This document shows, piece by piece, positions 25,901 through 26,221 of a stretch of 26,221 nucleotides of DNA. Made by a program: the position numbers and the translations under genes. The notes under the pieces were generated by a model, which did not search any database, was not told where the DNA came from, and saw only the letters and a program-made list of their open reading frames with translations. Numbering within the stretch: position 1 is the stretch's first letter; every line of letters begins with the position of its first letter. Source of the DNA: a virus (Duplodnaviria > Heunggongvirae > Uroviricota > Caudoviricetes); the IMG/VR virus record IMGVR_UViG_2617270943_000001, positions 1 through 26,221 of that record; one strand, written 5' to 3'.

Positions 25901-26221
25901 ACCACATCGTCGTTTGATTACGGCACTAAATCCACGAATAACACTGGTGCGCATACCCATAGTTTAAGTGGCAGCACGAATGCAGCTGGTAATCACAGCC
26001 ATAGAGATGGCCGTCGATTTAACCCCAGTGTTTTTAAAGATACTTATCAATATGGTTATACAAGCTCAGGTCAAAATACCTGGGGTGTACAAGGCTCAGT
26101 AGGTATGTCTACGGGGTGGTTAGCTAATACCAGTACAGATGGTAATCATAGCCACTCACTGTCCGGCACAGCAGCATCTGCAGGTGCACACGCGCATACT
26201 GTCGGTATTGGTGCTCATACG
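22934..26221 (+). CDS. stf: Side tail fibre protein (Stf-like), 3'-partial; at least 1096 codons open to the window end
   Basis: Manual translation from ATG 22934 ([30 protein letters not shown]...) stays open to 26221; long Ala/Ser/Thr-rich repetitive region; C-terminal HxH motifs ([26 protein letters not shown]) typical of phage long tail fibres. Absent from the ORF track because no stop codon lies within the window. Confidence 0.8.
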   Translation, partial: MAVKISGVLKDGTGKPVQNCTIQLKAKRNSTTVVVNTLASENPDEAGRYSMDVEYGQYSVILLVEGFPPSHAGTITVYEDSRPGTLNDFLGAMTEDDARPEALRRFELMVEEVARNASAVAQNTAAAKKSASDAGTSAREAATHATDAAGSARAASTSAGQAASSAQSASSSAGTASTKATEAEKSAAAAESSKSAAVTSAAAAKTSETNAAASQQSAATSASAATTKASEAATSARDAAASKEAAKSSETNASSSASSAASSATAAGNSAKAAKTSETNARSSETAAGQSASAAAGSKTAAASSASAASTSAGQASASATAAGKSAESAASSASTATTKAGEATEQASAAARSASAAKTSETNAKASETSAESSKTAAASSASSAASSASSASASKDEATRQASAAKGSATTASTKATEAAGSATAAAQSKSTAESAATRAETAAKRAEDIASAVALEDASTTKKGIVQLSSATNSTSETLAATPKAVKSAYDNAEKRLQKDQNGADIPDKGRFLNNINAVSKTDFADKRGMRYVRVNAPAGATSGKYYPVVVMRSAGSVSELASRVIITTATRTAGDPMNNCEFNGFVMPGGWTDRGRYAYGMFWQYQNNERAIHSIMMSNKGDDLRSVFYVDGAAFPVFAFIEDGLSISAPGADLVVNDTTYKFGATNPATECIAADVILDFKSGRGFYESHSLIVNDNLSCKKLFATDEIVARGGNQIRMIGGEYGALWRNDGAKTYLLLTNQGDVYGGWNTLRPFAIDNATGELVIGTKLSASLNGNALTATKLQTPRRVSGVEFDGSKDITLTAAHVAAFARRATDTYADADGGVPWNAESGAYNVTRSGDSYILVNFYTGVGSCRTLQMKAHYRNGGLFYRSSRDGYGFEEDWAEVYTSKNLPPESYPVGAPIPWPSDTVPSGYALMQGQTFDKSAYPKLAAAYPSGVIPDMRGWTIKGKPASGRAVLSQEQDGIKSHTHSASASSTDLGTKTTSSFDYGTKSTNNTGAHTHSLSGSTNAAGNHSHRDGRRFNPSVFKDTYQYGYTSSGQNTWGVQGSVGMSTGWLANTSTDGNHSHSLSGTAASAGAHAHTVGIGAHT

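Noticed and set aside
1-26221. CRISPR arrays, rRNA or tRNA genes
   Set aside because: No regularly spaced direct repeats with unique spacers and no rRNA- or tRNA-like conserved sequence seen; the only tandem repeats are the ori iterons and the stf codon repeats.

Overview
This 26.2 kb window is an internal segment of a defective, mosaic lambdoid prophage (lambda/DLP12-like, E. coli-type). All protein identifications are from recall of known sequences by eye; no search was run. Left to right: (1) integrase and excisionase plus a leftward early operon of small accessory ORFs and the Red genes exo-bet-gam; (2) an immunity region with a LexA-like cI repressor, divergent cro, and near-identical pL and pR promoter-operator modules; (3) replication genes: a YdaT-like protein in the cII position, O with internal ori iterons, P and ren; (4) a roughly 5 kb AT-rich accessory island in the nin region carrying emrE, a large serine recombinase, an intact IS2 with 5-bp target duplications, two orphan ORFs and a GC-rich, hairpin-dense non-coding block; (5) ninB/ninE/ybcO/rusA and a phage-82-type Q; (6) a porin moron (nmpC/lc-like) antisense to the late operon, preceded by a cluster of four hairpins; (7) a phage-21-type lysis cassette (pinholin, SAR endolysin, Rz/Rz1); (8) a lambda-like cos site and nu1; (9) an in-frame fusion of the terminase A N-terminus to the J tail-tip C-terminus, marking deletion of the head and tail genes; (10) lom and a long side tail fibre that runs off the window end. 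No rRNA, tRNA or CRISPR array was seen. The best candidates for something undescribed are the orphan ORFs and structured non-coding block in the accessory island, the hairpin cluster next to the porin gene, and the cos-retaining but capsid-less architecture.
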